Source: Isorropodon fossajaponicum endosymbiont JTNG4 (GTDB lineage Bacteria; Pseudomonadota; Gammaproteobacteria; PS1; Pseudothioglobaceae). Taken from it: a DNA stretch of 32,000 nt. Each line of letters starts with the position of its first letter. Positions within the stretch are counted from its first letter, which is position 1. The notes below the pieces were generated by a model. It made no database searches. It worked only from the letters and a program-made list of their open reading frames with translations, and had not been told where the DNA came from. Shown piece by piece: positions 18,314 through 26,749 of the stretch. The stretch lies in assembly GCF_016592615.1 (NCBI RefSeq), contig NZ_AP013043.1, forward strand, positions 900,001 through 932,000, given 5' to 3'. A program made the position numbers and the translations under genes.

Positions 18314-19767
18314 CCTTTAAAGCAAGGTTGTTTAGAATATTTATCCAGTTCAACGGTTTTGTTTTTAAACAATTCAGAGTTAGTCACATGGTGAATAGAG
18401 ATAACTTCATCAGGAGTCTTGGTCATTTTGTTAAGGGTTTTGCTTTTACCTGTCCGTGACATTGAGTGCCATTGGGTCAAAAGTCTGACGTTGTTAATTG
18501 AATCGTTATCAGTGCGATTAGTGACTTTAATAACTACCAGCTCTTCTTTAACTTGAATTCTAGGCTGCCAAGACTCATCAATATCCATCTGTTGCCAAAT
18601 ATCATCTACTGATTGATAATCAAATCCATCAAGTCCTAATTCTTTAGCAAGTAAGCAAATAATTTCCCAATCAGGTTTTGAGTTGCCAGCAGGTGGTAAA
18701 AAGGCGTTTTGCTTTAAGTATCTGCGTTCTGAGTTTTTTATGTGCCCTGTTTTTTCTGACCAACTGCATACTGGCAAAACGATATCTGCATCGTCAGTGG
18801 TTAGAGTTTTTGTAAAATCAGACACAATTAATGTTTCAAATTGTCGATAGTTAATCATACTATGTGCAGGATTTGTTGCCATTACCCATAAGATTTTAAT
18901 TTGATTGCTGGAAAAAAATTCAGTGGCAGTTAAATCATTTGTTCGTATGCCAATTTCACGACCACCCATGGCGTTGCATTGCCCTGTTAAAGACAACACG
19001 CCACAGCCAGGTTTGTTGATATTTCCAGTGATAATATGTGCATTAATCAAAGCATTAACCTTATCAGTTGCATCGGTTGATTGGGTTAATCCTTGTGAGT
19101 AAACACTGAGTACCTTTTTGTCTTTAAACCAAGGTTGATGTGGCAGATTATTAATAATACCCATGTCTTTGCCAGGTTCAACTTGAATAAATAAATCAGA
19201 TTTTTTGGCTGTGGTACTTTCATAGACATCAACACAAACTACAAAAGCCTTGGATTTTTTAATATGGTTAAACACAATAGGATGACAATCCGCAGTATTA
19301 CTACCAATAATAAAAATAGTTTGTGCTTGATAAATATCATCAAATGACACAGGTACAATATCAGCACCATAGGCTCTTTTGTTGGCTTCAACAGTAGAGT
19401 ACATGCACAACCTTGAATTGCTTTCAATATTGTCAATGCCGTAAGCCCCTGCAAATTGCTTAGCAACATAAAAATCTTCCATTAACATTTGCCCAGACAA
19501 ATACAATGCTATTTGGTGTTTTGGTGTTGATTCAAATACTTTAGCCATGGCTTTAATGGTTTTATCCCAACTGCCTAACGATGGATTGATTAATCTTGCA
19601 TTATCTGTACCTACCGTTTCTAATAAGGTCTGCCCTTTAATACAAAGCATACCTTGATTAACAGGAGAATCTTTATCCCCTGTTAATTTTAATATAGACC
19701 CCGTTCGGGTAATTTCAATGCCACACCCCACACCGCAGTAAGGGCAAGTTGTCTTAAAATTCATCAT
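18310..19767 (-). CDS. nasA: Assimilatory nitrate reductase catalytic subunit-like molybdopterin oxidoreductase, unusually short (485 aa); possibly a decaying gene
   Basis: It has the CPYCGVGCG...LCIKG 4Fe-4S motif, [11 protein letters not shown] (Mo-ligand Cys region), [24 protein letters not shown] and [12 protein letters not shown], all in canonical order. It is the last gene of the nirB-narK operon. The gene symbol reflects family and context only. Confidence 0.6.
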   Translation of the reverse strand: MMNFKTTCPYCGVGCGIEITRTGSILKLTGDKDSPVNQGMLCIKGQTLLETVGTDNARLINPSLGSWDKTIKAMAKVFESTPKHQIALYLSGQMLMEDFYVAKQFAGAYGIDNIESNSRLCMYSTVEANKRAYGADIVPVSFDDIYQAQTIFIIGSNTADCHPIVFNHIKKSKAFVVCVDVYESTTAKKSDLFIQVEPGKDMGIINNLPHQPWFKDKKVLSVYSQGLTQSTDATDKVNALINAHIITGNINKPGCGVLSLTGQCNAMGGREIGIRTNDLTATEFFSSNQIKILWVMATNPAHSMINYRQFETLIVSDFTKTLTTDDADIVLPVCSWSEKTGHIKNSERRYLKQNAFLPPAGNSKPDWEIICLLAKELGLDGFDYQSVDDIWQQMDIDESWQPRIQVKEELVVIKVTNRTDNDSINNVRLLTQWHSMSRTGKSKTLNKMTKTPDEVISIHHVTNSELFKNKTVELDKYSKQPCFKG

Positions 19768-19776
19768 TCTTTTCTT

Positions 19777-21477
19777 TTACTTAATAGCCAACATTAACAA
19801 CAAAATAAAATTTAATGCAAGCGATAGTGCGCTTAATAGCCAGTATTTAGTTAGCTTTGATTTTGGTTGCTTGTTCTTTTGAGGTAATAAAAATACTGAA
19901 TTTGGATGTTCTAAGTCATATAAAAATTCTGATAAAGCCTCATACCTTTGTGCATAATCTAAGCAACACGCCTTGCGTATAGCACCATCAATCCACACAG
20001 GTAAATTTGGGTTGTATATCAACACTGGCTCATAAATTAATTTAGACAATTTCTTAGTGCTCAGACTCTTATCTAATTTATTTTGATAAGGCAGATGAGA
20101 TGAAAACATCTCATACACAATCACACCTAAACTAAATTGATCAGAGGCTTGTGAAACACTTTCATTTAAAATGACCTCTGGTGCAGTATAACCTTGCGTG
20201 CCCTGATTAGCTATGAAATTAATAGGGTTAATCAATTCTGCCACGCCTGCAATTCTAGCTGAGCCAAAATCAATAATCTTAATTTGACCAATTTCATCAA
20301 TCATGATATTTTCTGGCTTTAAATCACAATGCAACATTTCTTGACGGTGAAACGCCCGAAGCCCTTGAATAATTTGCTTCACAAAACTAACCACTACTTC
20401 AATATCAGGATGCTTATTTTCATCCATCCACGCCCGCAAAGTTTGCCCTTTAACATACACCATGGCATAAGCCAAAAAGTTAGCCTTTTTATGACTGTTA
20501 TAAATTTTAACGACATTAGGGCTTTGCACTCGCCGCCCTACCCACTTTTCATACATAAAATGTTGTAAGTATTCTGGATCATCTTCAAAATTAACAGACG
20601 GGGTTTTAAGAGCGACTAATTGTCCAGTACTGATGTCTTTAGCTAGATACAGTTGCATTTTTGCACTTGAAATAATTAAAGATTCTATCTCGAAACCATT
20701 GATTTTCATGCCCTTGGTTAACTCAGGTGGTACAGGTTTTTGGGTTAATTCATCAAATGCTTCACCTAGATTTTTCTCTGGCAATTGCTCAATCGTTATA
20801 ATCATAGCCGAGGCATTGTCTTGAGAATCTTGCTTAATTGCCTGCTTAACAATCTCATCAGCAGACGAGCTTTTATCCATTAATGTTGCTAATGATGTAT
20901 GTTGTAAATAATCATGCACACCATCAGTTGTCATTAAAAATTGATCACCCAGTTCAAGATCAAAAGTTTGGTAATCAACATTAATGCTTAAATCAAAACC
21001 CATCGCCCTTGATAGGTAAGTTTTTTCCTTGTTAAGGTTTAAAGTATGGTCTTTGGTTAGTTGTGTCAACACGCCTTTTCTATAACGATAGATGCGTGAA
21101 TCTCCTACATGAAAAATATGTGCGGTATTTGATTTAATAATAACCACACTAAGCGTGCATAACATGGATGAAATTTCACCAAAACGCATTGACTGGGAAT
21201 ACAGCCAATTATTAAGTGCTGAGATGACTTGACCGGCTGAATGTTCAACACTCCAAGATTCAGGGGTTGAATAATAATCACTCAAAAAACCTTTAACACA
21301 ACAGCCACTTGCTTCTTTAGCTCGCTCGCAAGCACTTACACCATCGGCAATAACGCCTACAATCCCTTTGTATTCTAGTGTTTGAGGGCTGGGTATATAG
21401 TAGGCACAGGCATCTTGGTTTTCTGCCTTAACCCCTGCAATGCAATGTGAATTAACAATGACTTTTAATTGTTTCAT
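19777..21477 (-). CDS. Bifunctional PP2C-type Ser/Thr phosphatase / Hanks-type Ser/Thr protein kinase with a C-terminal TM anchor
   Basis: The N-terminal half has NQDACA...IADGVSAC...HVGDSRIYR...MTTDGVHDYL...DNASAMII (PP2C motifs). The C-terminal half has VALK, HCDLKPENIMI, IIDFGSA and GYTAPE (kinase subdomains II, VIb, VII, VIII). The last 25 aa are hydrophobic. Confidence 0.85.
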   Translation of the reverse strand: MKQLKVIVNSHCIAGVKAENQDACAYYIPSPQTLEYKGIVGVIADGVSACERAKEASGCCVKGFLSDYYSTPESWSVEHSAGQVISALNNWLYSQSMRFGEISSMLCTLSVVIIKSNTAHIFHVGDSRIYRYRKGVLTQLTKDHTLNLNKEKTYLSRAMGFDLSINVDYQTFDLELGDQFLMTTDGVHDYLQHTSLATLMDKSSSADEIVKQAIKQDSQDNASAMIITIEQLPEKNLGEAFDELTQKPVPPELTKGMKINGFEIESLIISSAKMQLYLAKDISTGQLVALKTPSVNFEDDPEYLQHFMYEKWVGRRVQSPNVVKIYNSHKKANFLAYAMVYVKGQTLRAWMDENKHPDIEVVVSFVKQIIQGLRAFHRQEMLHCDLKPENIMIDEIGQIKIIDFGSARIAGVAELINPINFIANQGTQGYTAPEVILNESVSQASDQFSLGVIVYEMFSSHLPYQNKLDKSLSTKKLSKLIYEPVLIYNPNLPVWIDGAIRKACCLDYAQRYEALSEFLYDLEHPNSVFLLPQKNKQPKSKLTKYWLLSALSLALNFILLLMLAIK

Positions 21478-21479
21478 AA

Positions 21480-22946
21480 TTAATTTAGCTTGATTATTTC
21501 AACCGTACCATCGTCTAAAATCTCAGTCATGTGTCCTTTCGGTTCTTCTAAAAAGATAACAATCAGTACCAATATTACCGCACTAACCATGCCAATTAGC
21601 ATAAAAAACTCATCATAATCTACCAAAGAATTTGCAGTTAAGAACAATACCGCACCCACATTGCCAAATGCACCTGCCATACCTGCAATCTGACCTGTTA
21701 GCCTTCTTTGGATCAGTGGCACCATGGCAAATACCGCACCTGAGCCTGCTTTAGAAAAAATACCACCAACAATTGTCAACACCACCACCAAATAGATAGA
21801 CCAGCTTTTATCTACATTACCCAATGCTAAAAAACTTAAAGTAATGCCAGAGAAAAGCACAACTAATATTACCTTTCGACCGTATTTATCGCTCAAATAA
21901 CCACCACCTGGTCTGGCAAATAAATTAATAAATGGGTACACACCTGCTAACAAAGCTGCTGTAATTTTAGGCAACTCAAACCAATCAACATAAAACATAG
22001 CCAGAACTGAAACCACAGCTAATTCAGTACCAAAAGTAACCAAATAAGCCCAATCTAAAATCGCCACCTGTTTAAATTTATATTGATGTTGCTTAGGCAC
22101 AGAATTCTTTAAATGCTGTGCATTAACAGTCCAAGTTTTAAACACTTGAAAAACAAACACCAATGCCAAAACAATATATACGCCAAATTCCACACCTGAT
22201 GAAATCATATTCATTTTTTCAGGTGATAATTTCCAAGTAAGTAGCGACAAAGCAAGATATAAGGGTATGTTCATTAAAATGTACAACACCAAATCTGAGT
22301 AGCTACTCACTTCCATTGCACCCATTTTTTTAGGCTTAAAATAAGTCGACCCTTTGGGCGTATTGGTGACATTAAAGTAATAAAAAATACCATAACCTAT
22401 TGCCAACACACTAGCAATGGTAATCGCATAACGCCAACCATCAATCTCGCCAAAACTACTTGCGATAAAAGGTAATGACATGGCCGCACCTGCTGAACCA
22501 AAATTACCCCAGCCACCATAAACACCTTGTGCAGTACCCGTTTGTTTGGCTGGAAACCACTCAGAAATCATACGAATACCGACCACAAATCCAGCGCCAA
22601 TAAAACCTGATAAGAATCTAAGCAGAGCAAGTTGTTCATAAGACTGCATCCAACTAAATGCAATTGAAACAAGCCCACCTAAAACTAAAATAGAAGAGAA
22701 CATAATTTTAGGCCCGAATTTATCAACCAACATACCAACCACAATTCTTGCTGGAATGGTCATGGCAACATTAAGAATCAGCAGCACTTTTGCCTGTTGC
22801 TCGCTTAATGATAAGGCTTGTTGTATAAATGGCATCATCGGCCCAAGGCTAAGCCATACAACAAAGGTCATAAAAAAAGCAAACCAAGTTAAATGCAAAA
22901 TGCGATACTTGCCCTTAAATGAAAATAGATTTAATTTATCTTTCAT
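21480..22946 (-). CDS. narK: MFS nitrate/nitrite transporter (NNP family, NarK/NasA-type)
   Basis: 488 aa, 12 TM. NNP signatures GAGFVVGIRMISEWFPAKQTGTAQGVYGGWGNFG and AGMAGAFGNVGAV. It sits between nirB and the kinase with 15-nt and 2-nt gaps. Confidence 0.9.
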   Translation of the reverse strand: MKDKLNLFSFKGKYRILHLTWFAFFMTFVVWLSLGPMMPFIQQALSLSEQQAKVLLILNVAMTIPARIVVGMLVDKFGPKIMFSSILVLGGLVSIAFSWMQSYEQLALLRFLSGFIGAGFVVGIRMISEWFPAKQTGTAQGVYGGWGNFGSAGAAMSLPFIASSFGEIDGWRYAITIASVLAIGYGIFYYFNVTNTPKGSTYFKPKKMGAMEVSSYSDLVLYILMNIPLYLALSLLTWKLSPEKMNMISSGVEFGVYIVLALVFVFQVFKTWTVNAQHLKNSVPKQHQYKFKQVAILDWAYLVTFGTELAVVSVLAMFYVDWFELPKITAALLAGVYPFINLFARPGGGYLSDKYGRKVILVVLFSGITLSFLALGNVDKSWSIYLVVVLTIVGGIFSKAGSGAVFAMVPLIQRRLTGQIAGMAGAFGNVGAVLFLTANSLVDYDEFFMLIGMVSAVILVLIVIFLEEPKGHMTEILDDGTVEIIKLN

Positions 22947-22961
22947 GATTAACTCCTTATA

Positions 22962-25337
22962 TTATGCTAAATACCTATGGTCTGTTGTTTCCCATGGGTT
23001 TTTAATGGTTTTGGGCAACAAGTCTGCATAGTGTTTGATCATTGAAGGTGTCTTTAGTTTGGATTGAATATAGTCTAGACCCACGCGCTCCTCAAAATGC
23101 ATCACTCGCTCAAGATAATTAGCCTCAATACGATATAACTGTACAAAAGCCTTAAGATATTCAATCACTTCTTCTTCGGTTTCAAAAAATCTATCTTTCA
23201 AACAGGCCTTGGTTCGAATCCCACAAGCACCTGCCACATGAATTTCATAACCTTTTTCAGTACAAATCACGCCAAAATCTTTAATCGTAACTTCAGCACA
23301 ATTACGCGGGCAACCGCTCACACCCATTTTAAATTTGTGCGGCATGAAGTGCGACCAAACAGCGTCTTCCATTTTAATAGCAAGCCCCATAGAGTCTTGC
23401 GTGCCCATCATGCAATGATCTGTGCCAACACAGGATTTACACGTTCTAGTGGCTTTGCCATAAGCATAACCAGCTTCCATGCCTGCCTCGGTCATTTCAT
23501 CCCACATATCGTTTAAGTTTTCCTTAGGAATGCCTAATAAATCAATGCGTTGGCCACCAGTGACTTTAATCGTGGGAACCTCATATTTAACAGCAATATC
23601 AGCCAATGCCTTAAGTTCTTTAGGTGTTGTCAATCCGCCTTGCATTTGTGGCACAATGGAATAAGTACCATCTCTTTGTTTATTGGCATGCATTTTTTCA
23701 TTGTGCGGTCGTTCATCATCATTATGAACGTATGCTTCATTAAACTGTGACGATAAATAATAATTAATGGTAGCACCACAAGCCTCGCAAGTGTTGTCAA
23801 AATCAAGCGTACTTCGAACGTCATTAACACTAACAACTTCATCTAATGCTCTAATATATTGACGCACTTCTTCTGTTGAGTGTTTTGTACAATCACACAA
23901 AGCATCTTTGCTTAATATTTCAGCACCAGAAACAAAGCTAAATACTTGTTTAGCCACTGACGCGCAACCACCACAACCTGTTGCACAACCTGTTTCTTCT
24001 TGTAATGCCTCAAAAGTATTACAACCACCTGCCACTGCACTGACAATGTCGCCTTTAGTAACACCCATGCAGCCACATACTTGCTCATCCTCGGCCATCT
24101 TCTCAACACCTTTGGCACCTGCACTTGAGTTGTCAATATTAATATCACCAAATAGTAAAGTTTTACGAATGCTGGTAATATCTGTTTCTTTTTTGATTAA
24201 GTCAAAATAAAACAATCCATCTGTTGAATCACCAAATAAAACTGCACCAACCAATTTGTTGTCTCTAATAGACAATCTTTTACGAGTATTAAGCGCATGA
24301 TCCTTAGAGTCCATAACCTCATCTTCAGGATTATCAAACTCCCCTGCTGAGAAGACATCCACACCTGAAATTTTTAGTTTAGTAGAAATATCTGAACCTG
24401 TGTACATATGATGCGACACCTCACACACCTGCTCAGCACACACGCGCGCCTGTTCAAACAGTGGTGCTACTAAACCATACGACATGCCTCGGTGTTTAAT
24501 ACACTCGCCTACTGAGTAAATAGCAGGATCAGAGGTCATCATTGTATCACCCACAATAATGCCCCTGTCTGTCTGCAACCCTGCAGCTTTGGCTAAAGAA
24601 TCTTCAGGAATGATGCCTACCGACATAACAACCATATCAACATCCATTACCGTTCCATCCTCAAATTCCAAGGCTTTAACTGTATTTGTTCCAATAATTT
24701 TATTGGTGATTGCACCTAGCTTGAATTTAATATTTTTTTGTTCTAATACTTTTTGCAATAAGCCACCAGATGAAGCATCTAGTTGCATATTCATAATAGA
24801 GTCCATATTGCCAATCACGGTGACATCAAACCCTAACTCATTGAGCCCATTGGCAGCCTCAAGCCCCAATAAACCCGTACCAATTACGGCTACTTTTTTA
24901 GCTTGGCCAACTTTTGATTGCATATACTCAACATCATAAATATCTCTAAACGACACCACACCCTCTAACGTTTTACCTGGTAATGGCAAAATAAAAGGCC
25001 TTGATCCTGTGCAAATTACTAATCGATCGTATGCTACTGAATATGACGCCTTCTCATTGGTTAATAAAATACTTTTATTTAACCTATCAATAGATGACAC
25101 CAAGCAACCTGGCTTAAAGGTAATGTTATTTTGAGAGAAATAAGACTCATCATGCGTTTTTATATCTTCAAAATCTTTCTCCCCTGCCAAAACAGGTGAG
25201 AGCATAATTCTGTTATATGGCAATACCTTTTCCTCGCCAATAATGGTAATTTGATACATCAGTGGGTCAATTTTTAACACCTCGTCAACCACCTTCATGG
25301 CGCTCATTCCCGATCCAACTATGACTAAATTTTTCAT
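22962..25337 (-). CDS. nirB: NAD(P)H-dependent assimilatory nitrite reductase large subunit
   Basis: 791 aa. It has N-terminal FAD/NAD folds (VIVGSGMSAMK, VAVIGTGLLGLEAA) and BFD-like 2Fe-2S regions (VCGCMGVTKGDI, CGGCA). The siroheme/4Fe-4S domain carries TCKSCVGTDHC and GVSGCPRNCAE. Confidence 0.95.
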   Translation of the reverse strand: MKNLVIVGSGMSAMKVVDEVLKIDPLMYQITIIGEEKVLPYNRIMLSPVLAGEKDFEDIKTHDESYFSQNNITFKPGCLVSSIDRLNKSILLTNEKASYSVAYDRLVICTGSRPFILPLPGKTLEGVVSFRDIYDVEYMQSKVGQAKKVAVIGTGLLGLEAANGLNELGFDVTVIGNMDSIMNMQLDASSGGLLQKVLEQKNIKFKLGAITNKIIGTNTVKALEFEDGTVMDVDMVVMSVGIIPEDSLAKAAGLQTDRGIIVGDTMMTSDPAIYSVGECIKHRGMSYGLVAPLFEQARVCAEQVCEVSHHMYTGSDISTKLKISGVDVFSAGEFDNPEDEVMDSKDHALNTRKRLSIRDNKLVGAVLFGDSTDGLFYFDLIKKETDITSIRKTLLFGDINIDNSSAGAKGVEKMAEDEQVCGCMGVTKGDIVSAVAGGCNTFEALQEETGCATGCGGCASVAKQVFSFVSGAEILSKDALCDCTKHSTEEVRQYIRALDEVVSVNDVRSTLDFDNTCEACGATINYYLSSQFNEAYVHNDDERPHNEKMHANKQRDGTYSIVPQMQGGLTTPKELKALADIAVKYEVPTIKVTGGQRIDLLGIPKENLNDMWDEMTEAGMEAGYAYGKATRTCKSCVGTDHCMMGTQDSMGLAIKMEDAVWSHFMPHKFKMGVSGCPRNCAEVTIKDFGVICTEKGYEIHVAGACGIRTKACLKDRFFETEEEVIEYLKAFVQLYRIEANYLERVMHFEERVGLDYIQSKLKTPSMIKHYADLLPKTIKNPWETTDHRYLA

Positions 25338-25380
25338 GCTATTTTCCTGCCTTGTTTTAATGTTTTATGCTTTTTATAAA

Positions 25381-25439
25381 GCAAAAAAAGCCAGTTATCG
25401 CATTTATATACATAGACATAAAAATACAATAACTGGCTT
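25381..25439 (-). terminator. Intrinsic-terminator-like long hairpin plus U7 tract in the nirB 5' leader (candidate attenuator)
   Basis: The minus-strand RNA reads AAGCCAGUUAU-[30 nt]-AUAACUGGCUU followed by UUUUUGC. The 30-nt interior pairs further (plus-strand arms aagccagttatcgcatttatatac and cataaaaatacaataactggctt are near-perfect reverse complements). The U-run ends ~44 nt upstream of the nirB ATG. Confidence 0.5.
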
Positions 25440-25485
25440 CAATACCCAATTGCCAACTCTACTTTGAAATTGACGAAAAAAACGC

Positions 25486-25519
25486 TTACTTAATAATCCC
25501 ATCAAGAAAAATTAAGTAA
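25486..25519 (-). promoter_or_regulatory. Second inverted repeat (A/U-rich hairpin) in the nirB leader / moaE-nirB divergent region
   Basis: TTACTTAAT (25486-25494) and ATTAAGTAA (25511-25519) are exact reverse complements with a 16-nt spacer. One or two extra flanking pairs are possible. Confidence 0.3.
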
Positions 25520-25578
25520 ACGTCTGTGTCTGTTGTTGCCCCTCATTGGGTAACTATGTGAAATTATATCAAAAAATT

Positions 25579-25606
25579 AAGTTCAAGTGTATTAAGTTAT
25601 TATAAT
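25579..25606 (+). promoter_or_regulatory. Possible sigma70 promoter for moaE (-35 TTAAGT, 18-nt spacer, -10 TATAAT)
   Basis: TATAAT lies at 25601-25606, 25 nt upstream of the moaE ATG. In AT-rich DNA such matches are common, so this is weak. Confidence 0.2.
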
Positions 25607-25631
25607 ATTTTTATTATCAAGGTTTTTTAAC

Positions 25632-26081
25632 ATGGATAAAATAATTATACAACAACAAGATTTTGACTTATCAACAGAAATAGCAGTGGTCAAAAACAAC
25701 AATTCTGATATTGGCGCAGTGGTCAGTTTTGTTGGCTTTGTACGTGATTTGGATGACGCTCCAATTCAAAAAATGACGTTAGAGCATTATCCTGGGATGA
25801 CTGAAAAAGCACTAAAATCTATTGTTGATCAAGCCAAAAAACGCTGGTCTATTGGTAATATAGCTCTTATTCATCGCGTGGGTGATTTAGATATTAATGA
25901 TCAAATTGTATTAGTGATTACAAGCAGCAAACATCGTCAATCTGCTTTTGAATCTTGCGAATTTATCATGGACTATTTAAAAACTCAAGCGCCCTTTTGG
26001 AAAAAAGAACACACTCAAAACAAAAGCGAGTGGGTTGAAGCCAAAAATAGTGACAAAAGCCAAAAAAATCGTTGGGAATAA
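25632..26081 (+). CDS. moaE: Molybdopterin synthase catalytic subunit
   Basis: 149 aa. GAVVSFVGFVRD...LEHYPGMTEKAL...IHRVGDL...IVLVITSSKHRQSAFESCEFIMDYLKTQAPFWKKE is the MoaE signature. Confidence 0.9.
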   Translation: MDKIIIQQQDFDLSTEIAVVKNNNSDIGAVVSFVGFVRDLDDAPIQKMTLEHYPGMTEKALKSIVDQAKKRWSIGNIALIHRVGDLDINDQIVLVITSSKHRQSAFESCEFIMDYLKTQAPFWKKEHTQNKSEWVEAKNSDKSQKNRWE

Positions 26082-26083
26082 TC

Positions 26084-26668
26084 TTACTGCCTAATTTTAA
26101 AATCCTCAGGTGAATTTAGATTAATCAACATATCTGCTTGATCTGAAAAATCAACTTCTTGTGCATGATTACTCTTAAACCACATACCCATCTTGCGTTT
26201 GCCTTGTGCTAAAAATTCACTCAAATTATCTTTTAAATTAGCCCTAATTAATGAAAAAGTAGGATGCATTTTTTGCCCTTGCATTGCCACACAAATGCTG
26301 GCATCAGCCTGCTGCATATTTTCTAATAACCTAGCCACAAGAGTTTGATTAATAAACGGCCCATCACACGGCACAACCAATAAATATTTTGTCTTGACTT
26401 TAGTCAAAGCCGACAAAATACCAGCAAGTGGCCCTTGAAACCCAGGAAAACTATCAGTAATAACCTCACCAAATTTTTGATATGCATCAAGGTTTCTATT
26501 AGCACTCACCAATATACTATGGACATCTTGATGGATAATATCGACCACATAACTAATCAAAGGCTTGTCATTAAATAAAATTAAACCTTTATCTTGAGCA
26601 TTCATACGTGTAGCTTGACCACCTGAAAGTATGACAGCGGTAATGTCACTTTTAATGATGCTTTTCAT
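26084..26668 (-). CDS. mobA: Molybdenum cofactor guanylyltransferase
   Basis: From the Met at 26668: MKSIIKSDITAVILSGGQATRMNAQDKGLILFNDKPLISY...VVPCDGPF, collinear with E. coli MobA. The track's longer ORF (to 26794) would overlap the moeA start. Confidence 0.85.
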   Translation of the reverse strand: MKSIIKSDITAVILSGGQATRMNAQDKGLILFNDKPLISYVVDIIHQDVHSILVSANRNLDAYQKFGEVITDSFPGFQGPLAGILSALTKVKTKYLLVVPCDGPFINQTLVARLLENMQQADASICVAMQGQKMHPTFSLIRANLKDNLSEFLAQGKRKMGMWFKSNHAQEVDFSDQADMLINLNSPEDFKIRQ

Positions 26669-26749
26669 ATGGGTATGTTGTTGTCGAATATATAGGCTGT
26701 ATGATACAATCAAACAATGAACTTTAATTATAAACCGTAAAAATTTATC

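Noticed and set aside
23211-23221. GGTTCGAATCC, a tRNA T-loop-like motif.
   Set aside because: The flanks (cttgg / cccac) cannot form a T-stem, there is no acceptor or anticodon arm, and it lies inside nirB.
23238-24939. Several long plus-strand ORFs (23238-23516, 23908-24210, 24559-24939 and others) that might look like extra genes.
   Set aside because: All lie antisense inside the well-supported nirB CDS. They have low-complexity Pro/Ser/Thr-rich translations with no motifs, and are typical shadow ORFs. The same applies to 4105-4335, 5859-6246, 11428-11759, 15189-15374, 20329-20824 and 28074-28391.
25437-25459. A sigma54-like element on the nirB strand (TTGGCAATTGGGTATTGA).
   Set aside because: The GG-to-GC spacing is off by one, and the -12 element is TTGA, not TTGC. 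It is too weak to call, and it overlaps the proposed anti-terminator segment.
26669-26749. A Moco riboswitch upstream of moeA-moaC-moaA-moaD; I also looked upstream of moaE (25520-25631).
   Set aside because: The spacer is only 81 nt, and I could not see the conserved Moco-motif stems or sequence blocks in either region. I cannot exclude it without a covariance-model scan.
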